Positions 1 to 10,508 of a stretch of DNA of 64,000 nucleotides are shown piece by piece. The translations under genes were made by a program, and so were the position numbers. The stretch lies in the IMG/VR virus record IMGVR_UViG_3300046694_000136, positions 124,001 through 188,000 of that record, one strand, 5' to 3'. Within the stretch, counting starts at the first letter, position 1. Every line of letters begins with the position of its first letter. The notes under the pieces were generated by a model that saw only the letters and a list, made by a program, of their open reading frames with translations, ran no database searches and was not told where the DNA came from.

Positions 1-280
1 CGATGTCATGAACAAATTGGATAAGGTTAACGAACTCCATTTGAAGGTTAAGGAATCCTATGACGGTTACACGGCTTTCATCAAGTCGTGGGCTGATATG
101 GTCAAGGGTGTCGATGGCAACCTGAGCCAGTTGGACAAGGTCAGCAAAACGATCCTTGGTGAATGCGAGAAACTCATGAGCGGCAATCAAGGCGCACTCG
201 CATTTTATAGCGGATTCACTCCACGTGTTGTCGGCTATGTCGACAAGTACATTCATGGTGTGCTTGGGGTCTTCGCTTAA
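1..280 (+). CDS. 3' end of a virion head/inner-body-family protein (5' truncated by the window)
   Basis: The frame is open from the window start to TAA at 278-280. The helical C-terminus resembles the following head-protein paralogues. Confidence 0.6.
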   Translation, partial: DVMNKLDKVNELHLKVKESYDGYTAFIKSWADMVKGVDGNLSQLDKVSKTILGECEKLMSGNQGALAFYSGFTPRVVGYVDKYIHGVLGVFA

Positions 281-327
281 TTGTTTATAAACAACCCTCT
301 CTTTCGTTAACGAAAAGGATACACGAA

Positions 328-1662
328 ATGTCGAAATCCCATCTTGACTACCTGATGATGGTATCTGGTACTGAAAGCCTGAACGGTGGCGACACTGGCG
401 GCGAGAACATCGATACCGGCGCTGGCAACCTGGGCGGCGGTAACACCGACACCAGCAACATCGAAGCCGTCATCGAAGAAGCACGCGCCGATACCGCCGA
501 AGCTCAGGTTGTTGTTGAGCAAGCGGCACAAGCAGCTGAAGCTGCTGCTGAAGTCCTGGAACAACACGAAGAAGTTCTGCAAGAACTGACCGAAGAAGTG
601 GCCGGCGTTGAATCGATGCGCACTGGCGCTACCACCTTCAACGGCATCGCGTTCGCCGATCGCTACAACCGCTGCGTTAAGCTGAACGCCCAACTGGGTG
701 GCCGCAACTTCAACCTGTGCGGCGCTGAATCCCTGAACGACCTGGCCACTGCCAAGCTGTTCGCTGTTGCTGGTGTCGAAGGCTTCATGGACACCATCAA
801 GGCCGGCGCAAGCAAGGCGATCGAGTTCATCAAGGGCATCTTCAACTCCATGATCAACTTCTTCGTTGGTCTGAAGTCCACCGCCGACGGCCTGGAGCGT
901 CAAGCCAAAACCCTCGCGACCACCATCGCCGAGAAAGCGCCGAAGTCGACCATTAAACTGGGCGCCTGGAACATCGGTTGCGACTACGCCAACGCTGGCC
1001 TGAAAGGCATCGACGGCATCCTGCACGCCGGTGTGTTCGACCTGATCTCCAGCTCCCTGCCAGCCTTCATGGACCTGAGCAAGAAACTGGACGGCATCGA
1101 CGTAGGTCAGTTCCGCACTGCCTACAAGAAAGTGACCGACGACATCAAGGAACTGGCCAAGGCTGCTGGTAAGCCAAACGTCAGCCAGACTGCCGACAAG
1201 ACTTCGGTCCTGATGGTTCACGCTGGCTTCCGCGTCTTCGCTGCTTTCAGCGAGAAGTTCGAAACCGAAGCTGAAGCTGTTTCCGCTGCTCGTTCGATCA
1301 AACTGACCTTCGGCAAAACCGACGACGCCGGCAAGTTCACCAAGGGCGAAACCGAGCTCAAGGCAAGCAAGGGTCAGCTGCAAAGCACTCTGAAAGGCGT
1401 GCACGATTACGTGGCCGAGCTGCGCGACAGCAAAGTTGCTGCCAAGTTCTCGAAAGCTGAACGTGACCGCGTCATCGGCACCCTGAACGTCCAGATCAAA
1501 GGCGACCACAGCGAAAGCGACGGCAAGCGTGATCAGGCGAAGAAAGCAATCGAGCTGTGCAAAGCGATCTACGTGTCGGCCTCCGGCCTGACTTCGTCCG
1601 TCGACCGCCTGTACATCTACCTGGCCAACCAGATCCTGGGCGCTGTTAAAGCTCACTTCTGA
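328..1662 (+). CDS. Abundant internal head (inner-body/ejection) protein, phiKZ gp93-like paralogue family
   Basis: AGGA RBS, strong C-ending codon bias, acidic N-terminal propeptide, and several G-x-E maturation sites (VSGTES, VAGVES, LCGAES, VAGVEG). Confidence 0.75.
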   Translation: MSKSHLDYLMMVSGTESLNGGDTGGENIDTGAGNLGGGNTDTSNIEAVIEEARADTAEAQVVVEQAAQAAEAAAEVLEQHEEVLQELTEEVAGVESMRTGATTFNGIAFADRYNRCVKLNAQLGGRNFNLCGAESLNDLATAKLFAVAGVEGFMDTIKAGASKAIEFIKGIFNSMINFFVGLKSTADGLERQAKTLATTIAEKAPKSTIKLGAWNIGCDYANAGLKGIDGILHAGVFDLISSSLPAFMDLSKKLDGIDVGQFRTAYKKVTDDIKELAKAAGKPNVSQTADKTSVLMVHAGFRVFAAFSEKFETEAEAVSAARSIKLTFGKTDDAGKFTKGETELKASKGQLQSTLKGVHDYVAELRDSKVAAKFSKAERDRVIGTLNVQIKGDHSESDGKRDQAKKAIELCKAIYVSASGLTSSVDRLYIYLANQILGAVKAHF

Positions 1663-1682
1663 TTGCCATCGGTGCGTTGAAC

Positions 1683-1716
1683 CTAACCCGCCTGCCCTAA
1701 CCGGCAGGCGGGTTAG
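1683..1716 (+). terminator. Stem-loop terminator
   Basis: CTAACCCGCCTGCC-ctaacc-GGCAGGCGGGTTAG followed by a T-rich tract. Confidence 0.85.
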
Positions 1717-1778
1717 TCTTCTTTCTATTTGCATTTTGATGCTATGTGCTAATTATCCACTCGATAGGTAACTCACAC

Positions 1779-2810
1779 ATGAACGGACAAAGTGTGGCTC
1801 CTTTACGGTATATCGTTACCCCGACTCTGAAAGATATTTCTGATCAGGACCGGGAAGAATTCGAAGCCGCTGAAGCACAGCCGGTAATGGCAGAACTCTC
1901 TGCCGAGAACGATCAGGTAAGCGGTACTGAAAAGTACTACAACTACATCCTCCACTCGCAAGCTCTGGTTTCCGCTGAGCTGGGTAGTGTCACCGGTGCT
2001 GAGGGTCTGCTGGGTTCTCTGAAGCGCGGTGCTGGTCGGATCATCCAGATTGTTAAGGACTTCTTTAAATGGATCTGGAGTTTCTTCTCCGCCAAAGAAA
2101 AGAAGATCGACCACAAGTTGCAGTACGTTGATTCCCGTCTTCGTGATAAGGGGGTCAAGGCAGGTGAGGTTTATTACCCACAAGCCACTTACTACATCTA
2201 CCCGAAAACAGGTCCCGGTAAACCAGCAGGTGACCTAGGTTGGGTGAGTGAGACCAACAAGCGTATTGCCAAAGGCATCACCAATGCCAACAGCTACGCT
2301 ACTTTGTTGACCGAACATTTGAACTTGCTGGAGAAGATGGCTAAAGACCGTAAGCCAGTCAGCGAGATGGTTGCTGCTACCACTGCCTATTCGGGCAAGG
2401 TGCGTGCACTGTTCGGTGCACCCACCAACAAAGATAAGGCGACGTTCATCACTCAGGATGACTTCCGCTTTGGTGCTACCAAGATTGCTTACCACCCAAC
2501 CAGTAATCGTCGGACTGATTTCCATATCAGTACCTTTACGACGACAGTTACGACTGTGGAAGAAATCCGTAAGGATACCGCTGCTAACTTGGCGCTGGTG
2601 AAGAAGATGACAGTTGACCTGCATAAGCTCGAGAAGGAAATGGTTGATACCTTGACCTTCCTTAAGAACAGCAAGGATCTCGGTAATGGGGTCCACAAGG
2701 TCTTCGCGTCTATCATTAATAACAGCCTCGATGATATTCGTACTTTCGAGAACGTACTGTATCGAGCGCTTAACACGATCGGCGACCTGTGCAAGGCGGC
2801 CGTTAACTAA
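1779..2810 (+). CDS. Internal head protein paralogue (proteolytically processed)
   Basis: ATG 1779 with AGGT RBS is preferred over GTG 1746. It has VSGTEK and VTGAEG sites, then the amphipathic 'IIQIVKDFFKWIWSFF' helix also seen in the 328 protein. Confidence 0.7.
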   Translation: MNGQSVAPLRYIVTPTLKDISDQDREEFEAAEAQPVMAELSAENDQVSGTEKYYNYILHSQALVSAELGSVTGAEGLLGSLKRGAGRIIQIVKDFFKWIWSFFSAKEKKIDHKLQYVDSRLRDKGVKAGEVYYPQATYYIYPKTGPGKPAGDLGWVSETNKRIAKGITNANSYATLLTEHLNLLEKMAKDRKPVSEMVAATTAYSGKVRALFGAPTNKDKATFITQDDFRFGATKIAYHPTSNRRTDFHISTFTTTVTTVEEIRKDTAANLALVKKMTVDLHKLEKEMVDTLTFLKNSKDLGNGVHKVFASIINNSLDDIRTFENVLYRALNTIGDLCKAAVN

Positions 2811-2821
2811 GGAGAAGGTCT

Positions 2822-3319
2822 ATGCGGCTTAATCTGGTAAACCTTCCCTCGCTTATAGGGGCAGGGCTTTCTACTATCGCATGTGAGAGCTTTAACCCCA
2901 AGTTTGGTAACAAGGTAGCTATTAACGAAGATCTCTTCAAATACGTGCTTCCAGGCCCTCCTAAAGAGGTGTTTGTGTTTGAACGGGTTTCTTTGAACGA
3001 ACTGTTCGAGGGTAATCCTCAGTCCATCGTTGGGATTGTTCGTCGTGACTGGTCGGAGCCTACCCCTTTTGAGATCATTGATTTCCTGGGTACTCCGCTT
3101 ACCACTCAGGAAGGTCCGGTAGAAGCACTGGATCCAGAAGACGAAAGCGCTGACCTCGTAACCAAGCAGTTCAACCTGTGGGTTCAGTACATCGGTCTGG
3201 GTGGGTTGTACCGCGCTGACGTTGACCTGACCACCACTGAAGGCTGGTTGCACGTGGACGCTCGCCGCTCCGCTGTCTTCAAAGGTAGCGTCTCTATTAA
3301 AGTCCAGGAGGTAGAATGA
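2822..3319 (+). CDS. Hypothetical/virion protein
   Basis: AGGAG RBS; lies in the head operon; overlaps the next gene (ATGA). Confidence 0.7.
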   Translation: MRLNLVNLPSLIGAGLSTIACESFNPKFGNKVAINEDLFKYVLPGPPKEVFVFERVSLNELFEGNPQSIVGIVRRDWSEPTPFEIIDFLGTPLTTQEGPVEALDPEDESADLVTKQFNLWVQYIGLGGLYRADVDLTTTEGWLHVDARRSAVFKGSVSIKVQEVE

Positions 3320-4725
3320 ATCCTTATCAGAAGTTAGGTCTTCTCGGGATGCTGGCTAACAGCCTCGGGAAAACAACATTCAGCGAGGAAGATAACCCCC
3401 GGTTCTTGCAATACTTGAGGTTGCATGGGATCGGAGCGATTACTCGCGAGAATTTGTCGACCCAGTTGAACCACATCGTTGGTGTTGTCTGCCGTCATTT
3501 CGATTACTACGATTCATCGGAGATGGGTGTCAATAAGTCCCTCAACGATTTCTTGTGCGAATTGGCAGAGCGTATCGAGAACGGCGATTACACCCCCCCT
3601 CGTGATGTGTCGATGATCATCATCTCTCTGGGGAATAAGCCCGGTACTGCCAATAATCAGGATGGTGTTGAAAACCTGATTGCGATGGCGAAACGCATTT
3701 TGGACCCGTACGAGGCGCTGGACGGCGATGAGCTTCCTGAACAGATCGATGAAATCTATCAGGCAGACTCTCGTCGACTGGAATACCTCGACCGCATCCT
3801 GTCTCTGGTAGACGTCTTCACCACTGCTCGCTTCGGCATGCTGGCTGGTATCGAGGAATACGCCCCGCTGGACTACAACGCTGTACACCCGCTGGAAACC
3901 TTTGACATCGGTGGCTTTGAATGCGCCTCTAACGAAGGTTGCAAGTGCGGCTGTGCTGCGGATCACTCGCTGACAATGCTGCAAGGTATTGAAGACTACT
4001 TGGCTGAGAAAACCACTACCCCGGACTATTACTACTTCGAAGGTGTGACTCGGGCTAACGGTCTGGAGATGGATAACATCTCTGGGAGTGAAGGTCCTGT
4101 CTTCGACGCAGTTAAGAACCTGGGTAAGGTGGCTTACAAAGCTGCGATGGAAACGTGGGAAAACGTCAAGGCCTTGTTTGACGAAAGCGAAGAAGATGCT
4201 GACGATAATGTCACTAACGACGCTGACGATAACAAGAAGGCTATTCAGTCAATGGGTAGTGCTGATGGCGCGAAGATCAACGATAATGCCAAGACTGGTA
4301 TTATCGCGATGGCGAAGAAGATCGACGTGTCCGGTGCTATGGAGAAAATTGTTGCACGTTTGGAGGGTCCTTCCAGTGCGGGTGGTGTTATTGATGGCTT
4401 GCTTGGTCTGCTGGGTTCCAACAGTGCTCTGACCAAAGATATCGACAGTGAAAAGAAAGCAGCTGAGGACGCTCTGGCGGACCTGAAGAAGGCTTCTGAA
4501 AGCGTGAGTGGTGACGACAGCAATAAAGACGCTGCCGCTGCTGCTAAGGCTGCTGTACAGGACAAGATCTCCAAGGCCAAAGACGCTGTTGCTTCGGTCA
4601 AGAAGAAAGCTCAGGACCACAACAAGGTGACTAAGGGGATCCGTAAAGCTATTCGCGGCATTACTCCTCACATCTTTATCAGCGTTGGTCCTAAGAAAGA
4701 CAAAGAGAAGGATGATGACAAATGA
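3316..4725 (+). CDS. Internal head protein (processed) with Lys/Ala/Asp-rich coiled-coil C-terminus
   Basis: GGAGG RBS; LAGIEE, IGGFEC, LQGIED and ISGSEG sites. Confidence 0.7.
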   Translation: MNPYQKLGLLGMLANSLGKTTFSEEDNPRFLQYLRLHGIGAITRENLSTQLNHIVGVVCRHFDYYDSSEMGVNKSLNDFLCELAERIENGDYTPPRDVSMIIISLGNKPGTANNQDGVENLIAMAKRILDPYEALDGDELPEQIDEIYQADSRRLEYLDRILSLVDVFTTARFGMLAGIEEYAPLDYNAVHPLETFDIGGFECASNEGCKCGCAADHSLTMLQGIEDYLAEKTTTPDYYYFEGVTRANGLEMDNISGSEGPVFDAVKNLGKVAYKAAMETWENVKALFDESEEDADDNVTNDADDNKKAIQSMGSADGAKINDNAKTGIIAMAKKIDVSGAMEKIVARLEGPSSAGGVIDGLLGLLGSNSALTKDIDSEKKAAEDALADLKKASESVSGDDSNKDAAAAAKAAVQDKISKAKDAVASVKKKAQDHNKVTKGIRKAIRGITPHIFISVGPKKDKEKDDDK

Positions 4726-5426
4726 ACACACTACATCCGGCGTTGGTTAAGAACTTCCTTAACCAGATCCCAGACGCTACCAGCATTCTGGGAATCGAAC
4801 AAGGTGAACCCGGTACGTTTGTAATCCTCGCGGAGATCAACGGTAAGGAAGAACGGCTGGACGTTCCTAAGAGCGAGCTGAGTGCTCGTTTGAAGAGCAC
4901 CCATCTGAACATCCGCGCTAAGTCCGGTTCTACCTTCACAGAGGTCTTGCAACGCCTCAGTGACGACTACGGGTTGTATTGGGTTAAGGGGGTTGACTTT
5001 GTTGCTAACGACACCCCCGCCAAAGGAACCATCCTGATCGACGTCCCGTCGAGTAGCTACATGTGGCAAGGCGCTGTGACCCTGACTGTCTTCTCTACTG
5101 AAGATCGTTGCAAGGATCCGATCCGTATCCCACTGAACCCTGCTCGTACCGCACTGCTGCTGGCTCAGAAGATCTTCCACGTCGAAGCTGGTGTAGTGAC
5201 GGCCAAAGGGAATCTTACACAGAAAGTGGCGGAACAGATCATTGCTTACTTGCAAGAGCAGCGCGATGAAACCTACGCCTTGAAAGACTTGTCCGGGACC
5301 AAGGTTCTCCGTACGTTCGCTGATACGTTCAGTAGCGTCGCGGTTCTGGAAGTCAAAGGCAAGGGCAACGTCTTTATTCGATTCGATTCCGAAAAGGATA
5401 ACGTTGTTCCACCGACCAACCGTTAG
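4722..5426 (+). CDS. Putative virion structural protein
   Basis: Translationally coupled to the upstream gene; 234 aa ORF. Confidence 0.65.
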   Translation: MNTLHPALVKNFLNQIPDATSILGIEQGEPGTFVILAEINGKEERLDVPKSELSARLKSTHLNIRAKSGSTFTEVLQRLSDDYGLYWVKGVDFVANDTPAKGTILIDVPSSSYMWQGAVTLTVFSTEDRCKDPIRIPLNPARTALLLAQKIFHVEAGVVTAKGNLTQKVAEQIIAYLQEQRDETYALKDLSGTKVLRTFADTFSSVAVLEVKGKGNVFIRFDSEKDNVVPPTNR

Positions 5427-5432
5427 CCATAC

Positions 5433-5463
5433 CCAACGGTGGAGGTATCCCCTCCACCGTTGG
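5433..5463 (+). terminator. Stem-loop (terminator or processing site)
   Basis: CCAACGGTGGAGG-tatcc-CCTCCACCGTTGG. Confidence 0.75.
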
Positions 5464-5477
5464 TTTAAGGAGTTGAG

Positions 5478-6980
5478 ATGTCCACTCTGAACACGACTGT
5501 ACTGGCTGAAGAGAACTATGACAGTTTTCTACGCCCAGCTATTTACGATTCGATCATTGCTGTTTTGGGTTTCTACGGGTTACGTTCTGCAACAAACATT
5601 TACTACAACGGTGGTAACGACGTCGTTAAGTTGATTGGTAACGCCCAGTCCGATGGACCGCAGGCTGATCACTTCACCGACGGTACTTTCCGTAACAAGA
5701 TCTTTATCGAGGCAGAAGTCGAGGACAGTGAGTTCTGGGATCTGCGTCGCGACATGGTTGAACGTCCTGTATTCCTGAACAAGGAACTCCCGTTGATCAT
5801 TTGTCCTTCGTTTGAGGGGAAACAGATCCGGGTAAAGGTAGTGTCTCGTTTTAACACCGAGTCTCAGGCTAAAGCTTTCGTAAGCAAGATCAACCGTCAG
5901 CGTAAGAACCAAGTGGTGGACTTCAATTTCACCCCTACAGTCTCCATGCTGTTCAACAAAGGCTTGGTGCGGTTTGTAGACATCCTCCACACCATGCTGA
6001 AACAGAACGAGCCTGCCCTGCCAGAGTTCCAAGAGTGGTTCGGTAAGTACGCTCAGTTCAACTTCCACGAGGTTACCAACATCGCCGGTAATCTTCCGCA
6101 GATAGTGGTTCCGCTTAAGCCTAACAACATTGGGATCTCCTTTACTGACCCCTTTGTCGCCAAAGCACGGAAAGGTAGTGTCTACGCTCAGTTCGAAGTT
6201 GAGTTCAGTTACACCTTCTACTTCAACTCGTTTTTGGGTTGGGAAGTTGAGTACCCGCTGAACGTTTATCAGGAACAGATTCCGGAAGAGTACATCCCTC
6301 GTCCTCAACCGGGGTTCACTGAGAACAAAGGGGTGGCGTCAGGTCCTGAAGTTACATCGGGTCGAGAGATCAACCCGCCCATTGACTTCATTCAGAGCCC
6401 TTACTTCCTGAAGCTGCCTGCTCACGATCCTTGGACTACTCCTTATGAGTGGTGGATCCAGCCAGTGGTACAAGCTCAGTTGAAGCTGGTGGATGCAGAT
6501 GAACAGGTGATCGGTAACATCTTTGAACTACCTGAGTTCAAGTGGCGCCCTAAAGCAGTGGAGTACATCAAGCGTCGTCATGCTTATGCTTTCCTGCACC
6601 ACGAGACTCCGTTCCTGTTCAGACTGTTTGCAGGTACTCGGATTGTTCCCCCTAAGGACGTCCGTATGGATCCTGACGGGACTGTGGTTCTATTGACCAA
6701 GCCTAACCTCAAGCAGACCTACCATTTGGTAGCATGCATTGACTACGCCATCCGTGACTACAGTAAACAGCTCTGGGAAGACGTGGGTTGGGATGACGAT
6801 GGTTACTGGGGAATCATCCGTACGGTTTTCGGTTGGGTGGACTTTAACAAGTTCCCTAGGCCGTGGGTGCATAACGTTCAAACTATTCTTGACAACATTG
6901 ATTTGGGTCACGGTCGTGTCACTCATCAGTTTAACGTCTATCAAGGGCTCTTCGGCATTGTGGCCCATAACGCAGGATAA
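5478..6980 (+). CDS. phiKZ-family virion structural protein
   Basis: AAGGAG RBS; 500 aa; lies in the conserved structural block before the hub-like gene. Confidence 0.65.
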   Translation: MSTLNTTVLAEENYDSFLRPAIYDSIIAVLGFYGLRSATNIYYNGGNDVVKLIGNAQSDGPQADHFTDGTFRNKIFIEAEVEDSEFWDLRRDMVERPVFLNKELPLIICPSFEGKQIRVKVVSRFNTESQAKAFVSKINRQRKNQVVDFNFTPTVSMLFNKGLVRFVDILHTMLKQNEPALPEFQEWFGKYAQFNFHEVTNIAGNLPQIVVPLKPNNIGISFTDPFVAKARKGSVYAQFEVEFSYTFYFNSFLGWEVEYPLNVYQEQIPEEYIPRPQPGFTENKGVASGPEVTSGREINPPIDFIQSPYFLKLPAHDPWTTPYEWWIQPVVQAQLKLVDADEQVIGNIFELPEFKWRPKAVEYIKRRHAYAFLHHETPFLFRLFAGTRIVPPKDVRMDPDGTVVLLTKPNLKQTYHLVACIDYAIRDYSKQLWEDVGWDDDGYWGIIRTVFGWVDFNKFPRPWVHNVQTILDNIDLGHGRVTHQFNVYQGLFGIVAHNAG

Positions 6981-6985
6981 CGATT

Positions 6986-8290
6986 ATGAGTTGGTCTATT
7001 AAGCCGTTAGGCGATGCAGTTCAGCCGGAACCAGAAGCACCCAGAATTACCAGTGAGAACTACCGTCACTCCATTGTTGAAAGTACCTACCAGCCTGAAC
7101 GAGTTATCCTGTCTCAAGACACCGGTACTCCTCGAATCTGTCTGTACTACCATCAGTGGCTGGGTCGTGATGAAGAACCTAAACCTTTCACTCTGGAAGG
7201 CGTCGGTACTTACCAGTCCTACGAACGTATTGAAAAACTCCCACTATTGCTGGATGACGGTAATGGCTCGTTCAGTTTCAACCCTCAAACAGCTGAGGCT
7301 GAAAAGAAGTACGTAGCCCGAGTAGTCTTTGACCGAGTCCCGACTATCCACGACGTTTTCGTTATGGACATCGCTGATGGTAACGCCGGGTTGTTTGCGA
7401 TCACTGATCAACCAGAGTTCCGTGAAGTCACTGCCAACAAGAAGTATGAGTTCCAGTTTACTTTCCTGGGGATCATGACTGAGCAGCACGACGTTATTCT
7501 GGAATCCCGTGTTGTGCGTCGTCAGGTCTACTATCGTGACTCCGCCTTGAACGGCGGTCGTACTCTGATCAGCGGTACCCTGGAGCAGACCGCTAAGGAA
7601 CTGTTCGGTTGGAAGACGACTATTGCCCAGTACATCATGTCCGAGTTCTACTGGAACCCTGAGAACACCATCGTGTTCGACCGACCGGGCACACCCCCAG
7701 GTAAAACGGAAAAGATCTACGATCCGTACCTGGTGAACTTCCTGACCGCAGTGATCACTCCAGATATGCGTGGTCGTTATCCGTTCATCAACCAGTTCTC
7801 CCTGCAATACGGTGGATTGGAAGATGCTCGTTATGGACCGATCAACATCTGGACCTTCCTGTTGCGTCATGACATGAACGTTCTACCGTTGTGTAACCGC
7901 AAGGCCAAGGTGATCGACGTTAACCGGGTAGAAGCCACCCGCTTATACGGCAACCTGCGTTCCAGCCGTATTCGTCACTTCATCACCACGAACCCTGAAG
8001 ACTTCAAGAAGTACTCTGCCTACATCAACGTGGACGGTTACCCTATCCTGAAGCCTAGTCCGGAATATGACATCTCGTACATGTTCTCCGAAGGGTTCTA
8101 CACTGGCCATCCAACAGGTGAGTTCGAGGAAATCGTGTACTCATCTTACCGTGACCAAATGATCGACCACGAGCGACTGCTGAAGTACGTCAAAGACTAT
8201 TTCAAGTTGACTCCAATGGAACGGTTGTATCACGGTGCTATCTTGATTCGTTTGATTGACCTCTCTCGGAAAATCCAAGGACCCCTCTAA
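6986..8290 (+). CDS. phiKZ-family virion structural protein
   Basis: AGGA RBS; 434 aa; structural operon context. Confidence 0.65.
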   Translation: MSWSIKPLGDAVQPEPEAPRITSENYRHSIVESTYQPERVILSQDTGTPRICLYYHQWLGRDEEPKPFTLEGVGTYQSYERIEKLPLLLDDGNGSFSFNPQTAEAEKKYVARVVFDRVPTIHDVFVMDIADGNAGLFAITDQPEFREVTANKKYEFQFTFLGIMTEQHDVILESRVVRRQVYYRDSALNGGRTLISGTLEQTAKELFGWKTTIAQYIMSEFYWNPENTIVFDRPGTPPGKTEKIYDPYLVNFLTAVITPDMRGRYPFINQFSLQYGGLEDARYGPINIWTFLLRHDMNVLPLCNRKAKVIDVNRVEATRLYGNLRSSRIRHFITTNPEDFKKYSAYINVDGYPILKPSPEYDISYMFSEGFYTGHPTGEFEEIVYSSYRDQMIDHERLLKYVKDYFKLTPMERLYHGAILIRLIDLSRKIQGPL

Positions 8291-9018
8291 TGTTAACCCT
8301 CAGTCGGTATAACCAAATACGGGAAGAGATCTTCAGGCTATACAACATCTTGAATAACCGGCTCTATCCCGTGCGGGTTACACCGGTCATGATGATGACA
8401 GTAGAAGAACTCCGTAACCGTGAAACGTTTACTCGGGATGAAACGATTGCTGACCCCACTCGGTACGAGGACTATCAAGAGATCCGGATGGAGTGTCACC
8501 GGATGATCGAGATCCTCCCCAACCTTGTTAAGGAACGGGATCTGGGTTTCGCTAATCCGAATGACCACATCGTGGAGATCTTTGAATCAGCTCAGAACTA
8601 TCTGCGCTTGTGGGTGGAGCTGGTAACCAACGCTACTGAGTTCCGTCCTCCTCCTTTGGATGAGCTGCGGGCTATCGAAAGCTTGGCTTACTGTCTCTAC
8701 CCCGAGTACAAGAAGATCAAGCAGTACTTGCTGGTCAGGGATTCCTACAAGACCAAGGAAGAGCAAGCCCAACACGTGGAAGATGGCTTCATGAGTCTGG
8801 CGGCTCTGTTCGGGATGACCTCTCACGACATGGCTAAGAAGGACAGTCTTGCGTTCATCAGTCACTTGGAAGACTTGGGGATTGATACGGGGCGTTCTAC
8901 GGTCTCTCAGGAGGACTATGACGTGCTGCAAAGCATCACTCCTGTAAACACTATCAATGACGGACTATTCTCCCCGGAAGTGTCTTCAGAACTCCCTAAC
9001 TGGACGTTTAACAGGTAA
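8290..9018 (+). CDS. Conserved jumbo-phage hypothetical protein
   Basis: TAATG overlap with the upstream gene; 242 aa. Confidence 0.65.
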   Translation: MLTLSRYNQIREEIFRLYNILNNRLYPVRVTPVMMMTVEELRNRETFTRDETIADPTRYEDYQEIRMECHRMIEILPNLVKERDLGFANPNDHIVEIFESAQNYLRLWVELVTNATEFRPPPLDELRAIESLAYCLYPEYKKIKQYLLVRDSYKTKEEQAQHVEDGFMSLAALFGMTSHDMAKKDSLAFISHLEDLGIDTGRSTVSQEDYDVLQSITPVNTINDGLFSPEVSSELPNWTFNR

Positions 9019-9023
9019 CCCCT

Positions 9024-10364
9024 ATGGAAATGCCTCGTGCGTTAGCGAACGTCATTGAGTTCGCCAGAACGGTCAACACGTACCAGCAACCCACCATGTC
9101 TACGCTGACCGCGATGATCATTACACCGGACAACGAACAGATTGAACTGATCATGCCTAAGGGGATGTCTCGTTTCAGTATGTATGCGTTGAACCGCTCG
9201 GATGACCTTCGGATCAAAGGTCAGCTGCAACCTGGTGTCTACATGAACAAGGTGTTAAAGAACAAGGACAACCTGTTTCTCGAAGTTACTGAACGTCAAG
9301 GACTGACTCAGGTGACTCAGAAGTACCGGGCTACTCCTAAGGGTGATGCTAACCCCCAGATGGAAGGTAACAGTGTCAAGCTGGCCAACATGGAAGCTAA
9401 GGACTTCTTGAACATTGTTGAGGTTGAGTTCCAGTTGATGGAACCTGGCTATGCCATCCTGAAGAACAAGATCGTTACTGACAAACACTTGATGGGTACG
9501 GTACGGGATGTTCTTTACTACCAGCTCATCAAGTTCGGTAAAGAACTGCCGTTGATTGGACCGGATGCGTGGAGAGGTGTTGACATCGAGGAACCTGTGG
9601 ATAACATCCGCATCTTCCCAGTGGTTGATATCTCCCCACCTATTCCTTTGAAGGACTTGGGTCAGTGGTTGCAAAACGACGACCAGTTCGGGTTCTACTC
9701 CAAAGGCTTCGGGATGTATTACCGCAAAGGAATGTGGTACATCTTCCCGTTGTTCAAGATGGGTCGTTACGAAACAGCTCGGAAAGTGCTGAACATCTAT
9801 CGGGTTCCTCAGGACGTGCTCCCCACACTGGAGGTGACTCACTTCACTGAAGGCAAGGTAACCACTATCCTGTCTACAGGGACGGCTAAGCATATTGACG
9901 GCTCAGACATCGTTAAGCAGAACAAAGGTACGGGTAAACGTATCGTTAGCTCTGACGCGGTTATGGGTGAGACTGGTGGGTATTACAACAACGGTGTTCA
10001 CCTGTCCACTCGGGCAGACACCTTGAGTGAGTACCAGACGTCCAAGCGGGGGAGTGGTGAGGAAGTAGCGCCATTCGCCAGTGAACCGACTAACAACTTG
10101 GCTAAGCACTTGTCCGATAACGCTTTCAACGAGGGTAACTTGGAGACCATCCAGTGGATGAACTCTGACCACTCTGTGTTGGAACCCGGGATGGCTGTTC
10201 GGTTCTTCTTCCTGACAGGCGACGTGTTGTCGTACAAAGAAGGAACCTTGCTGGGTGCTCGTACTGAGCATGTTCGTGATCAACAAACCCCTAACGATCT
10301 CAAGTTCAGACAGAGTAGTGCATTGTCTTTGTTCCTGAATGACCAGGTCGTTGAAGTGACTTAA
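9024..10364 (+). CDS. Putative baseplate hub-like virion protein (phiKZ gp101-like)
   Basis: 446 aa beta-rich protein with a hub-like C-terminal 'WxNSDxSxLxPGMxVR' segment; assignment from recall and synteny. Confidence 0.5.
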   Translation: MEMPRALANVIEFARTVNTYQQPTMSTLTAMIITPDNEQIELIMPKGMSRFSMYALNRSDDLRIKGQLQPGVYMNKVLKNKDNLFLEVTERQGLTQVTQKYRATPKGDANPQMEGNSVKLANMEAKDFLNIVEVEFQLMEPGYAILKNKIVTDKHLMGTVRDVLYYQLIKFGKELPLIGPDAWRGVDIEEPVDNIRIFPVVDISPPIPLKDLGQWLQNDDQFGFYSKGFGMYYRKGMWYIFPLFKMGRYETARKVLNIYRVPQDVLPTLEVTHFTEGKVTTILSTGTAKHIDGSDIVKQNKGTGKRIVSSDAVMGETGGYYNNGVHLSTRADTLSEYQTSKRGSGEEVAPFASEPTNNLAKHLSDNAFNEGNLETIQWMNSDHSVLEPGMAVRFFFLTGDVLSYKEGTLLGARTEHVRDQQTPNDLKFRQSSALSLFLNDQVVEVT

Positions 10365-10443
10365 GTAATTTTTAAGGAGGGTGTTGTTTATATACGGATG
10401 GTAAGGAATCTCTGGGGAAAGGGGATTATTTTGTATTAATAAT

Positions 10444-10471
10444 AGGGTACTAGCCTAACGGCTAGTACCCT
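10444..10471 (+). terminator. Stem-loop terminator
   Basis: AGGGTACTAGCC-taac-GGCTAGTACCCT followed by TTCCTTCTATG. Confidence 0.85.
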
Positions 10472-10508
10472 TTCCTTCTATGCTCTTATCCCGCTAGGGA
10501 TTTATAGA

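Noticed and set aside
307-1734. Long antisense ORFs (also 15592-17700, 56437-57909, 61882-63225, 42784-44310, 55112-56287)
   Set aside because: They mirror strongly codon-biased sense genes and have no RBS or protein motifs, so they are shadow ORFs.
5404-5426. C-terminal VVPPTNR of the 4722 protein as another copy of the IPxTxYGxL tag
   Set aside because: It lacks YGxLxWP, and I saw no continuation of the motif after it.
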